The position numbers and the translations under genes are program-made. A model generated the notes under the pieces. The model was not told the DNA's origin. It worked only from the letters and a program-made list of their open reading frames with translations, and did not search any database. From NCBI GenBank assembly GCA_003971905.1, contig RSEE01000050.1, positions 310,001-374,000 of the forward strand: a stretch of 64,000 nt of DNA. The letters are read 5' to 3'. The stretch's first letter is position 1. Each line of letters opens with the position of its first letter. Positions 52,470 through 64,000 of the stretch are shown piece after piece. The stretch comes from Moniliella sp. 'wahieum' (taxonomy: Eukaryota).

Positions 52470-52921
52470 GGTGGAGCGGGCCAAGACGATCGATGGGTCG
52501 AGGACGGGGGCGACAGCTTCGATGGGCAACGCATCCATGCCGGGCGACGAAAAATCATCAGCACTGTCCCAGCCCTCGCTCGCACACCTCTCCAGCCGGG
52601 TCGAGGGCGGAATGCGCCGTTCCGCCGGGGCACCTCGCCTGCTGCCACCGCAGGGCCGCGGGCGGAATGGACCAGCTTCCGCCCGGGGCGGCCGTGTCCG
52701 AGTCTGCGGCCTGAGGCTCTAAAGCGCAGCGCTCCAAACCACCGATTCTGCAGTCGGGGGGAGAGCGCTCCGCTGCGGCTGACGTCAGCCTGGTCTGGCC
52801 AGAGGGCGGGATCATCGATCATCGATCAGCGGTGGCTGATGCTCAGGAAGCGAGCAGCCGCCCCGGCCCCCTTCTTCCATTCCCCCACCACCCCCACTCA
52901 CCCCCACGCACCCTTGCCCCC

Positions 52922-54037
52922 ATGCCCCCGCCGCCTTCCAGCTCCCCCCCCTCTACATCGGCCACATCAGCCCCGATGTGCGCACCGATGACCTCGAGGC
53001 CCTGTTCAAGCCCTATGGCCGCATTGTTGACCTCCGTCTCATGGGCGCCTTTGGCTTTGTCGAACTCGACTCGCCCGCCGAGGCAGCTGCCGCCATGGAA
53101 GCCCTCAGCGGCCACGAGTTGAAGGGCGACCGTCTGGTTCTCGAGCCCGCCAAGCCCAACCCGCGCAACGCCCGTGCCCCCCGCGGCCCGCCCACCGATT
53201 CCTACGGTCCCCCCGGCCGGGACGACGCGTGGGGCCCGCCGCGCGCGTGAGCGCAACGACCGCGCTCCGCTGCGCCGCGCCCAGTTCCGCGTGCTTCTCT
53301 CCCGCCTCCCGCCGGGCATGTCGTGGCAGACCATCAAGGACTTGGGCCGGCCCCATGGAACGGTTGTGTTTGCCGACGTTGACCCGGCTCGGGACGACGA
53401 AGGTATCCTCGAGTACAACTTCCGTGACGAGATGGAGGCCGCGGTTCGCGCCATTGACGGATCGGACTACCGCGGTAGCCGTTTGCGTGCGGACCCGGTC
53501 GAGGCGCCCCCGCCCCCGTCGCACTACGAGCGTGAGGACCGTTCCCGCGGTGGGGACGGGGGTACGATCGTTCCTACGACCGTGGCTACGACCGTGGGTA
53601 CGACCGTGGCGGGTACGATCGCCCGCCTCCGCGCCAGTCGGACCGGCGCGACCGGTACGGCGACCGCCGCCGTGAGGATCGGTATCGTCCGCGCAGCCCT
53701 CGCCGGGACGACCGCGGTGCTCGCGGTGACGACCGCCGTGCGGATCGGGCGCGCCCCCGGCGACGACGAGCGCGACGAACGCCGTTCTCGCGAGCGCTCG
53801 CCTCGCCGTACCGACGATCGTCGTGAAGAGCGTCGTTCTCGGGAGCGCTCCCCGCGCCGTGAGGAACGCCGGTACGACGAGGACGGGGCTCGTGAGGAGG
53901 AAGATCGTCGGTACGACGAAGATCGCGCGGAAGAGGATCGGTACGACCGTTCGCCGCCGGTCCCGGTGGTGCCGCAGCCACGTACACCCTTGCGTGGTGG
54001 TTCGGATGTGGAGGAGGCGGCGATGGAAGATGCGTAA
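52922..54037 (+). CDS. SR-family splicing factor (RRM + pseudo-RRM + RS/RD/RE-rich tail; Srp2/SRSF4-6/Npl3-like)
   Basis: LYIGHISPDVRTDDLEALFKPYGRIVDLRLMGAFGFVEL, then FRVLLSRLPPGMSWQTIKDLGR..VVFADV..EGILEY, and a C-terminal ERRSRERSPRR tract. Confidence 0.9.
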
Positions 54038-54294
54038 GGAGGAGTGGGATGGCGTGTCCGAGCGCGGCCGGTCCTCCTCCTGTGCTTCCCCTTTTTTTTC
54101 TTCTCTATCGCTGTGGTCGCGCCTTCTCGGCTACTTCTGCATCTCGTATCTCATGCTGCAGAACAAAAGATCAAGGCTTTTTGTCTCTTTTCCCTTGCCT
54201 CTAGCCAAAAGACCTACCCCCTCCCTTAACCTTTCTCCCACACATTTTGATCGTCTCTTTCAACCTGTTAGCCCTTATCATCCTTTTCTCTCTC

Positions 54295-54425
54295 TTGCCC
54301 CCTCCCCTCCCTCCCCTCCCCTCTCCTGTCCTGTCCTCTCCTCTCCTGTCCTCTCCTCTCCCCTCTTTCTCCCCCTCTCCTCTCCGTTCTACCCCCTGTC
54401 CCTCCCCACTAATCTCCTCTCTCGT
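54295..54425 (+). repeat. Polypyrimidine/(CCTCT)-like low-complexity tract downstream of the SR gene
   Basis: About 130 bp of nearly pure C/T with CTCTCCTGTC and CCTCT repeats. Confidence 0.75.
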
Positions 54426-56020
54426 CCTTGATCGATTCTCGGCGGTGAAAACGGCAATGATGTGCTCCAAGTCCCAAGTCCCGTGTGTGAGAACGGTGAC
54501 GTTTCGCGTGTTTGTTCCTCGATGTCGATACTTTCCACCCATCCTGCGTCTTTTGCTCGTATTCGGTCGTATTGGGGGGCGGGCAAGCGGATGGGCGGGC
54601 TGCTGCATGCTAGCCAGCCTTGCTCTCGTTCTCGTTCGTATCCTCGTCTGCTATTCGTATCATCATCGTTCGGCGGGAAGGAGCAGGAGGACAGAAGGTA
54701 CAACGGCCCGTGATGGACGCACCCAAGTCCGTTCGTCCCGCCCACCCTCGTGTCTGGGAAAGAGCACGGAGGCGGGATGCGCGCTGAGCTGGTACGGCCT
54801 GGTATGGCTTGATCGTGGTGCGAGAGGGAGAACGGGATGGCAGAACGTACTTATCGAAAACTTGACACGCGCCTTGCGATGATGCTTTCCCATCATGCCG
54901 TGGTACATGTTCTCGGTGGAAGAGCCAACTGCCTTCGTGGGCGGGACGGGCGAGGCGAGCGAGACCAGCGCACTGGACACCTAGGAAGTGTGGTGAACTG
55001 GGCAGGCGACAGACGCACGCGAGCAGGCCGGGCTCGGGGTTCTGACGCTCCCTCTGTATACTGACCCGGTAGACGAGCATTCTGTTTTGCCTTGGGCGGA
55101 CTGGGCCAGAGAAAGATTGAACCGAGGCTCAATACTCTCAGGTACGTTCCTGCGTCCCTGCACCCCCGACTTGATTGATCGTCGGGAGCGTGGCTATAGT
55201 GGAATGATATGGAAGGGAAAAGGGAATAGGGTAATTAATCATTGTATCCTGGAACTTGCTAGAACCCCATCCCTTTTCATCTACTGTGATGCATGATGCG
55301 ATGCGAAGGCCGAAACGTTCATTGGGGCACAGGAGAAACGGTCTGTGAGACGTTTCCCTCCTTTATGAGTCGCCGTGATCTCACAGCCCGGAGTCACTAG
55401 TCACTCTCAGTATCCCCACTAGTCACTACCCATGGTAAGACAGAGAGGCTATTCGATTCGTACTTCATCGCCTCCGTTCCTGCGCCTCCCCATGTCCATC
55501 TTGTTGAGGAAACCTGTTCCACATCGACCCACAGCGGAAGCCTGGCAGCTTCCTATCTCTTGGGTATGGGTTTGAGGGCGAGATGGACCACTTGCCGCCT
55601 CTCTTGGTGATTGAACGTTCGACCAACCGAGCCGGTGTCGACATCATCGTAGCTCAGTAACGGTTTCGAAGGTGGTGGGGGGGGGTTGCCCGTCTTTCGC
55701 GCTTTCGCCACCGGCTCAGCGCTCGCCCTGAGTCGGCACCTTGTCTTTCCTATGTACAGGCCTGAACCCTGAACGTTGAACGTCGCATGCACCTATGAAC
55801 CTGGCTGAAAACAAAAACATTCAAAAGCAGCAATGGGCTTGGTGAGATTCTGACCAATCACTAGAATCACTGATCATCATCACCGATCCAATTGAGAACC
55901 TCCAGCCGATCGTTGATCGGTGCAACGGGACCAGGCCAAATTTTTTGATTGGAGGGTTCTGACGCTTGCCGTCCCACTCCCCACCGCCCACACCATCAAC
56001 CAACCAACGTGAGCCACCCG

Positions 56021-58861
56021 ATGGCTCGTCGCACCTCATCGCGCAACGAAGGGGGGCGCGCGCCGTGAGCGCAAGCGCCCGGTCTCAAGTCGGAGGACGA
56101 TCCGCGCACAGTGGCGGATGTGTACGATGCTGCTGTGGCTGATGTCGAGGCGCAAGGTCGCAAGGGCAAGGCTGCTCTCCGCGCCGAAGCGTTCCAGCCC
56201 AGCGACTCGGACGACGATGCCGGTTCGGACGGATCTGATCAGGGGTATGATGAGTCAAGCTGGAGTTTGATGGGAATGACGAGGAGATTGATTCGGATGA
56301 CGCCTTTGCGTCAGGGGATGAGGAAGCCTTTGATGGCTGGCAGTTCCGCGCGAGCAAGTCCCATGGCTCCAAGCGCCCCAAGCCCTCCGCCAGTGGTTCT
56401 AAGCGCAAGCGCGACCAGGAATCCGAGTCGGATGCGGATGATGGCGAATTTACCGACTATGACGAAGACGACTTGATGGACATTGATGCCCTCTTTGATG
56501 GTGCGGGTGGCTCGGACGATGGGAAGCAACAGGACCTGTCGGCCGATTCGGACGAGGACGATGAAGATGATGCATCCCAATCTGATGATGATGATGATGG
56601 TGCTGTTGACGAATTTGCTCGGCAAGTGGACGAAATGGCAAGCAAACAAAAGGAAGAGGAGCGTCCTACCAAAAGGAGGAAGGAGGAAGCGCCTGCGCCT
56701 GAGATGGAAGGTTCAACGGCCGTTAGCCTGCAAGATTTACTGGCTGGCGTGGAGGACAATACGGCTCTGGCCGGCGTACGCAAGAATGCGCAGAAGTTGG
56801 AGCAGCTCACGTCTCACAAGTCGACAGGGGGTCTTGCTTCGGCCAAAGGAACAGGAACCTTGGCTGCCCCACTCCAGACAGTGCATCAAGAACGATTGGA
56901 TCGCGAAGCAGCCTATGAAGTTGCCAAGTCTGATGCCCACGGCTGGCAGCCAACAATGAACAAGATCCGCGACGCGGAGACCCTCATGTTTCCCCTTCAA
57001 TCCCAGCCTGTGCCTTCCACCTCTGTCAAGAGTCTGACAGCCCCTCGGAAGCAGGAGAAGCCGAGTGGGCCAGAGGCCGACATGGAGGCCCTTTTGGCTG
57101 CGGCTGGTGTGGGAGAGGAGGCGCAAGGCGAAAAAGAAGCACTTGCTTTGGCCAAGCTTGACCCCGAAGAGGTCAAGAGGCGCCATGTGGAACTCATGCG
57201 TATGCGTCACCTCATGTTCCGCTCCGAAGAGAAAGCTAAACGGGCTGCTAAAATCAAGTCCAAGGCTTTCCGCAAGCAACAACGCAAGGAAAAGGAGAAG
57301 CAAGCTCAGCAATCTGCTGACTTGGCGGAGCTGGCTCGCCTTGAAGCAGCAGCCCGGCGCAGATGGGTTTACCGTCGTTGATCCCGACTCGATCGATCAC
57401 GAGGCTGGGTCGGACGATGATCGTCTGAAGGCTGAGCGGGACCGTGCGCTGGAGCGCGCGACTCTAAAGCACAAAAACACAGGCAAATGGGCCAAGCAGC
57501 AATTGCGCCGACGCGACCTGGACGAGGGAACGCGGCGTGCTCTTGCCGATCAACTTCAACGCGCTGCCGAACTGCGCGCCAAGGTGGCAGGCGGAGATGA
57601 GTCGAGTGATGACGAAGACTTTGAAGACGACGAACAAGGTGGCGGCAACGACCGTGCCTTTGATGAACTCCTTTCTGCTGAGCGAAGTCTGGCAGAGGAA
57701 GCGGCAGCGACCTCGGCCCAGGCAGCTACTGGACCTGGCAACAAGTCGGCCATTATGGACATGGCATTTATGCGCAATGCGCGTGCTCGCCATGTGCAAG
57801 CGGCTCAGGAGGACTTGCAAGCTGCACGCAAGCAGCTTGAGCGGGATGACTCGGACGAATCCGAGGTGGAGGAGGAGAACCCCAACGTGCTCCGTCTCTC
57901 GAAAAATGGCGGGCGTGCAATGTACGGAACGGCCAAGCCACAAGACTCCCTACCCGGCGTCCTAAGGGACAAGCGGATGCAGCTCCTTCAGTTGTTGCGG
58001 CGCCCCAAGCTAAACAAGGGAAGACCCAGGCCGGGAAATCTGCGTGGCAACGGCGAATCTCGATGCGGCCGACTTGGCTGTTGCCGCAGCTCTGCGCACC
58101 CAAAGCACCAAGCCCGGGCCTGGGAAGGACAAGAGTAAGAGCAGTTGGTTGTCTGCTGCGCCTCAGGGTGAGGCGGGCGATGACGATGGTTGGTTTACTC
58201 CGCTGGACTCCAAGGACTCCAAAGCGAGCAAGGTGAGCAAGGCAGATACAAAAAAAGCAAGAAGGGCAAAGAGGCTGCGATCAAGCTGGACGCCCATGCC
58301 CAAGCTGCGCTTTTGGGCTCGGATGATGGGAGTGGTTCCGATTCCGAAGCCGGCTCCGAGGACGAGGAGGAAGATCGTCGTGGTGAGCAAGCGGCAATCC
58401 TAGCCGAAGCCTTTGCCGGGGAGGATGTGGCGGCGAACTTTGAGAGTGAAAAGGCAGACCTGGTGGCGGCGGCCTCGGCGGTCAAGGGAGATGGGTGGGA
58501 CGACGAGGCGCCCGGGTGGGGCGAGTGGGGTGGTAAGGGCGTTAAGGCCACGGCGGCATCGCTGAAGCGTAAGGAGGCTAAGCGCCAAGCCCGCGAGGCC
58601 GGCCGCGGCCAAAGCAGCGGCTCGGAAGGATGCCAAGCTGTGCCATGTGATCATTGACGACGGCGCGGATAACCGGAGTGCGGCCAAGTACACCGTCAAC
58701 GACTTGCCCTTCCCCTACACCAACAAGCAGCAGTACGAGGTGGCGCGCAACACTAGCCTGGGCAGGGAGTGGAACACCAATCGCAGACGATGCGTCTCAA
58801 CATGCCCAAGGTACAGACGAGGATGGGCCAGATCATCCGGCCTCTCCAGCGTCACTTCTAA
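56021..58861 (+). CDS. UTP14: U3 snoRNP/SSU processome component Utp14
   Basis: LAAPLQTVHQERLDREAAYE, KAKRAAKIKSKAFRK, RALERATLKHKNTGKWAK, PGWGEWGG, KYTVNDLPFPYTNKQQYE..LGREWNT..MPKVQTRMGQIIRPL. Joined across several indels. Confidence 0.92.
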
Positions 58862-59094
58862 GATGCAACACACCTGTACTCTATCTTCCTTGATCCATTT
58901 TGGTTGCCCCGACCCTGGCGGCGGCACGAAGTTGTATACCTGTCCCACATCATAGTTGTTAGATATTCAGTCCACCCGTACAGAGCGAATCGGTTGCAGC
59001 TTCCTTCGCTTTCTTCCTCCATGTGCTCGAGCGACGGAAGCACGTTCATAAAATACCGGGAGCTGCGCCAGCACGCGGCTGCCCCCCTGCCGCC

Positions 59095-59931
59095 TTATTC
59101 AATGTATGGTGGTGGCTCGTAGCCTGGAGGTGCGTCACGACGAGCAGGGTTGGACAAAACAGCCTGCTCTTGCGTCTCGATCTGCTGGGTCAACATGGCT
59201 GTTTCCACATCGTCCCTGGCGGAGGATTGGAGGATGGGTGTGGAAGTGCTGCTGGACTCGCAGCATTCGACCCAGCTAAAGCCGCTGACAGGCCGGCCGA
59301 TCCAGTTGTATCGGGGGTGTACTGCGGAAGCGACTCAAAGTACGACGGTTGGCTCTGTCCTCGGGCCTCTTCAAACCGGGCCTTGACCTCCTCAATCGCA
59401 TTGCGAAAGTCGATGCCCCCACCTTGGTTGAAGTACGTGGTCAACAGGCCCGTTGGGGCGGCGCCAGGCGTCGCAGGGTCCTCCGCGCTAGGCAGTCCGC
59501 CGCCAACGACGGGCACCACAGTGGCTTCCAAGTAGGGTGCACCGAAAATAGGAATCATGTAGCGCGTGTCAATGTAGTTGTCGAGGGGCACAGTAGCGTA
59601 GCCAGCGGTGCAGCCAGGTCGGCATGGGCCTTCCCCTCGACGCGGAGAGGGGGGTTGCGGACAAAAATAAGCGCTGGTTGGTGACATAGGAGGTTCCCGA
59701 TGCTTTCCAGGAGTGCTTCTTACTGCCAAGCTTCCAGGAGAGTCTGGAGAGGGGGTGAGGTGGTTAGTGTGGGTGCGTGCTGGAGGCCATGTGCGTGCTC
59801 ATGCCACGCATCAGCAGGGGGGGAGGGGCGTACTCGACGAGGCATCCGGGGGCCGAGTAGAAGATCTTCTCTTTCTGGAGCGGGACAGGAGCCGATCCTG
59901 CCTCGTTCGTGAGGGCCCAGTTGAGTGCCAT
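59095..59931 (-). CDS. WBP2-like (PH-GRAM domain + PPxY) protein, probably 2 exons
   Basis: MALNWALTNEAGSAPVPLQKEKIF..WKASGTSYVTNQRL..YATVPLDNYIDTRYMIPIFGAPYLEATVVPVVGGGL..FNQGGGIDF..ESLPQY, ending PGYEPPPYIE*. Confidence 0.75.
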
Positions 59932-59985
59932 GGCGGGTGGTGCGTGCGCGACGGTGGTGGTGGCCTCGGCTGGTGGCGAATGAAA

Positions 59986-60029
59986 TTGGTTGGCCAATCA
60001 GGAGAGGCAGCGGAAGCGATCACGTGACC
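59986..60029. promoter_or_regulatory. Compact bidirectional promoter core: opposed CCAAT boxes and an RTCACGTGAC E-box
   Basis: ATTGGTTGGCCAATCA at about 59986-60000 and ATCACGTGAC at 60019-60028, within the 231-bp gap between the head-to-head WBP2-like and RhoGEF starts. Confidence 0.5.
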
Positions 60030-60162
60030 TACCGGACGCGGCAGGGCTGAAACGCGCCGCAGCGGAACTTCCACTGAGTGCTTTGTTGCTCGCGCAGCCC
60101 CGCACTTGGACAGCACCCACGCCCACCACCCCACATCACCCGCCTCAGCCGGCCCCTCCAAC

Positions 60163-63100
60163 ATGCCGTCTCTGCGGCCCCGGCACTGGCCCTCCCCATC
60201 CCGCCCCATGTCGCCCTTCCGCCCCCGCAGCCCGGCGCCCGTCTCCCCGACGATGGCGATGGGGATGCCGACGACGATGGCAGTGTCCACGGCAACGGCG
60301 GCAACGCGGACGACGACCGCAACATGCTTCTTCGTCTCGCCCGTCTTCCCGCACCGCATCCCGCTCTGCCTCACCCACCCGCCTCTTCCGCCCCTCATCT
60401 CCCACTCGTCCTCGCTCAGCATCACCCTCCAACCCCCGCTCCAAGCGCCCGCTCAGCCAGCACCTCTACCAAAAGGTTGCTGCCATCACCCGCCAACCCA
60501 CCGCGACGACGCCGGCCCCCACTAGAGGAGCGCTACTCGCATGCTACATCTGATCCCCATCCGTATGACCTGATAATCGAACTCATCCGGCCGGGTCGGG
60601 CCAAGTTCCCTTTCCTTCTGCTCCTGTCACGGCTGACGCCACGCTTTGCGCCTTCTTTGACGTGGTACTTGAACATGAGGACGAAATGCTCAACGAGAGT
60701 GCCCACACCGCTGGATCTGGTACGTTAGGGTGCTTCTCGGCGCTGCTCACCATCTTGATCCGGTCCTGACTCTTTTTATTTAGCCGTCTTGCTGCCAGAG
60801 CTGGGCATGGAAGAGCACACCTCTGTCCTCGCGGCTAGCTCCTCTTTTCCCGCCTTGGCCGACGAAGTTGGGTCCACCAGCATGAGCGTCACTGCCCTGG
60901 CTTTTGATGACCCCAAGTCTAACGAATACAACTTTCCCCATCTCGAAAGACCTTTGAGGGAATTGCTCGAGACGGTGAGTATGTGCTCCGCATCAAAGTA
61001 ATCAACAACGTGAGTTTTTCTTTTTCCTTATGCACGGAATCTCCCTTTTCTTTTCCAGCCTTACTGATCCGTTTCTCTCTACCCTCTTTATCTACAGGAG
61101 TATGCCAAGCCCCTCCGCGCTCCAGGCAACACGCTCATTTCGCCTGAGGATGCCCACACCCTCTTCAGCAATATTGGAGAGATTGTCGCTGCCCACATGA
61201 CGTTCTTGGACGAGCTTGAGGGGTTGATGAAACTTGAGACTCTGATGTCATCGAGGGGTTGGGGGATGTAATGCAGCGCCTGATGGTCTGCTCCTCGTGC
61301 TACGCCGAATACATGGCCAATGCACCGGAAGCATCCGCTCTGCTCCGCAAGATGAACAAGAAAGCGCGTTTGTCGCTTTTACAGATCGGGTCAAGGCCAA
61401 AACCAGTGCTGTCGGCCGTATTGGACTGGATGAGCTGTTAATGGCACCAGTGCAGCGGATGCCCAGGTACCAATTGCTGATTGCTCAGATGCTCAAGTAC
61501 ATTCCCTCCGGCTCACGGCCTAGGCAGCGTCTCCAAGCCGTCTCTCGAATGGCCGTACAATTGCCCTGCGCGAGAGAGATGCGGAAACCAAGCAAGCTGC
61601 TGTTCGTTGGAGTGTGAACCGGCACGTTGAAGGGGTACCCCCTGAACTATGGTCGTCCAAACCCCGCTTGCTGGGATCCGTTGATGTGAACGACTTTCCC
61701 TTGGCCGCTGACGAGGCCAGTACTGAGCTTGAGACGCTGGCAGTAACACTTCTCTTATTTGACGCGTTCCTGTTGATTGTCCAACGCGCTCCCGAATCCA
61801 GCGGAACAGCCGCACTCGGATTGGGAGACTTGAATTCGTTAGCCGATCTCATGCTGGCTGCTGCCCCTGGTGCTAACGTTTCGGTAGCCGACCAAAGCAT
61901 CCTCACGGCCGGCTTACTCCAGCATACTGATGCTGCTCAACTGACGTACAAGGGTCGCGTTGACCTTATGGACTTCGAAGCTCGTGATCTGGGCGGCCCT
62001 GACTTCCAGGTCCGCCACACTGACAAGGGCGTACAGTCGGGTTCAACCGCTTTGAGTGCGCGCTGGGCCCATCGACCCGTACGCCAGTATGCCGTTGTTG
62101 AGCCTCCGGCCCCCAACCAGGATGTCAGGCGCGCGGCTCCCTCTTCACGGTCTCCTGCTCGTGTCCAAAAAACTGCCTTTCTTGAGTCCATCTGGCGTGC
62201 CCAGGCCCGTAAACTCGCCTGCACATCGCAGTCGGTAAGGCGAGAAGTTCCCCCGCCACCTTTGACCCTGTAACTGGCGTCCCCATCCGTCCACGACAGA
62301 TCATTTACTTTCTTGTGTATCGCCGCACAGCCTGGGAACCCATCGTTCGCAAAACCCCCGTTGCGCTTCATGTCAACATTGCCAGCACCCATGGCCGCTT
62401 GCATGTTCCAGATCATCGCGTGCCTTCGTCAGGCCCCCATGCGGTGGTGGAGCTGACGGCAATCGATAAGCAGGGTCGCTGCTTTGTCCGCACCCAGTTG
62501 CCTGGCCAGGTTCAGAGTGACGAGGAGGTGGTTCCGTTGGGCATGATTACCGAGTACGTCCAGAGAGTTCACCAACGCCTCCCGCCCTCCCTGGCTACCA
62601 GCTTTGTCTCCCCGCGTGTTCGTTTGGTGAGCATCAATTCATTGGGGCCCCTCACGCCCCCGCGGGGGTGACAGCACAAGGACACGGCTTCCCAGGCACA
62701 AACTCTGCAAGTTCTAACAACAGCCCCCGCGTCTACGCGATGTGGGTCGTCACCTTCTCTCGGCTGGAATGACTACGCTTCGTCGTTCCGCCTCGCCCGT
62801 AGTCGAGTGGACCAAACGAATTTGCCTCGATGGGGCATCGCCGGCACCGCTCCCGCGCCGGATCATCCACCGGTGGTACTGCGACCTCCAGCGTCTTTGG
62901 TGGATCCATCTCCACCTCCAACTGGGGATCGACGATGACTTCGTCGGACCACACTCGAGGTACGGTTGCAACCACGTTAAGCGCCGCCAGCTCCTCCTCT
63001 GCCCACTCGAGCCCCAAGCGCGGACAGGCCAAGCGTTCTTTCCACCTTCTAAACCGGACACGTGCGGGCCCGAACAGTTCGGAGCACAAAACTGAGCCTG

Positions 63101-64000
63101 CCCCAGACTGAAGGGACCTTGGGCCACCTCCGCTCCCCGAGAAGGAGGTTGGAGAAAAATCAAATGGCTCGGTTACGCCCACTCCGAGCCCTTGTCCCTC
63201 CTACGGCAAACCCATTGAGCCAACTCTCGAAGCTGCTGCTGTCCCAGAAGTCAATACGACCATGGGTGGACATGACGTTGAAGATGATGGGGAGCACGCC
63301 AGCCACCAGCCTGCCCGGTGCAGCACTCTTCTTCCTAGAGCCCAGCGCGGGCTCGACCGTCGCGAAACGACCATGGGTCCCCGCCCGCTCCGCTCGACTC
63401 GTCTGCGAGCCCATCCTCCTGCGCCCGTTCCCTCGGTCCCATCCAGCTGTCAGACGCAGCCAGCACCAATTCGAAGCGGGTGGCGTCGGACCGTTTTGCT
63501 GACGAAGTAGATGAAAACGAGGGCATGGATGACCGTCCGTCCAAGCGCGTTTCGGTTCGGTCCAATCGCTCCAATCCTTCGGCCAACAGTCGCTCCTCCT
63601 CTCTCCGCAATAGCTCCGACAGTGCCCCTCCCCGTTCGGCCAATGCAAGGATGGCCAAGACCGACGGATTCGTCGCGCCCTCTCCCGGGCCAGCAAGCGC
63701 CCGCAAGCGTTTTGCGATATGCGCAAGTATCTCACTGATGTGCGGCAACAACATGACCAGGAAGCCTTGGATCCCCAATACCTCTCCACCCTTCTCGCGC
63801 AACTGACAAACTGGCTGCAAGATGCCGAAGCCGACTCGGTAGCGGATAAGGAAGAGCTCGATCTGCTCGTCTCTTCGGCCCTTGCCCCATCTTCCTTGTC
63901 TGATCCAGCTTCGGAGGGACAACTGGAAGTGGAAAACGCTAAACTTCGTGCAGAGCGGGCAGCGCTACAGAAGCATGAGCAGGAGCGGTTGAAGGAACTT
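60163..64000 (+). CDS. Dbl-homology (RhoGEF) domain protein, multi-exon, runs off the window end; start approximate
   Basis: LRELLET..., then after an intron ending near 61097: EYAKPLR..TLFSNIGEIVAAHMTFLDEL..CYAEYMAN..GLDELLMAPVQRMPRYQLLIAQMLK (DH conserved regions). A Ser/Pro-rich tail and the start of a coiled coil follow. Confidence 0.8.

Noticed and set aside
56035..56042. PAC-like CTCATCGC motif at UTP14
   Set aside because: It lies inside the predicted CDS just after the ATG, and the RRPE-like AAATTTTTT upstream is too degenerate to call.

Overview
Eukaryotic, fungal DNA, most likely from a basidiomycete: it has GT-AG introns with CTRAY branch sites and a White collar-1 without a GATA finger. 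Nearly every conserved gene, including essential ones (RPS18, eIF5A, UTP14), is broken by single-base indels. This looks like unpolished long-read error, so the ORF track is badly fragmented and the gene models below were rebuilt by hand across frameshifts and introns. The left part (1-36 kb) is gene-sparse: RPS18, an AAAP amino-acid permease, a membrane-anchored hypothetical protein, VPS55, a divergent Velvet-domain regulator hidden from the ORF track, and Ty3/Gypsy and other TE relics. The right part (36-64 kb) is gene-dense and GC-richer: WC-1, a SYLF/YSC84-like protein, a GT15 mannosyltransferase, PRPP synthetase, eIF5A, an RBM26/27-like protein, an SR protein, UTP14, a WBP2-like protein and a RhoGEF, mostly in head-to-head pairs. 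The most unusual signal is an intergenic grammar of 7-bp tandem repeats built as T-N-A plus a 4-bp palindrome, seen with 13 of the 16 possible palindromic cores. These repeats are densest in the long regions upstream of the linked Velvet and WC-1 genes. A GNA-triloop double-hairpin element near 2.1 kb is also notable.
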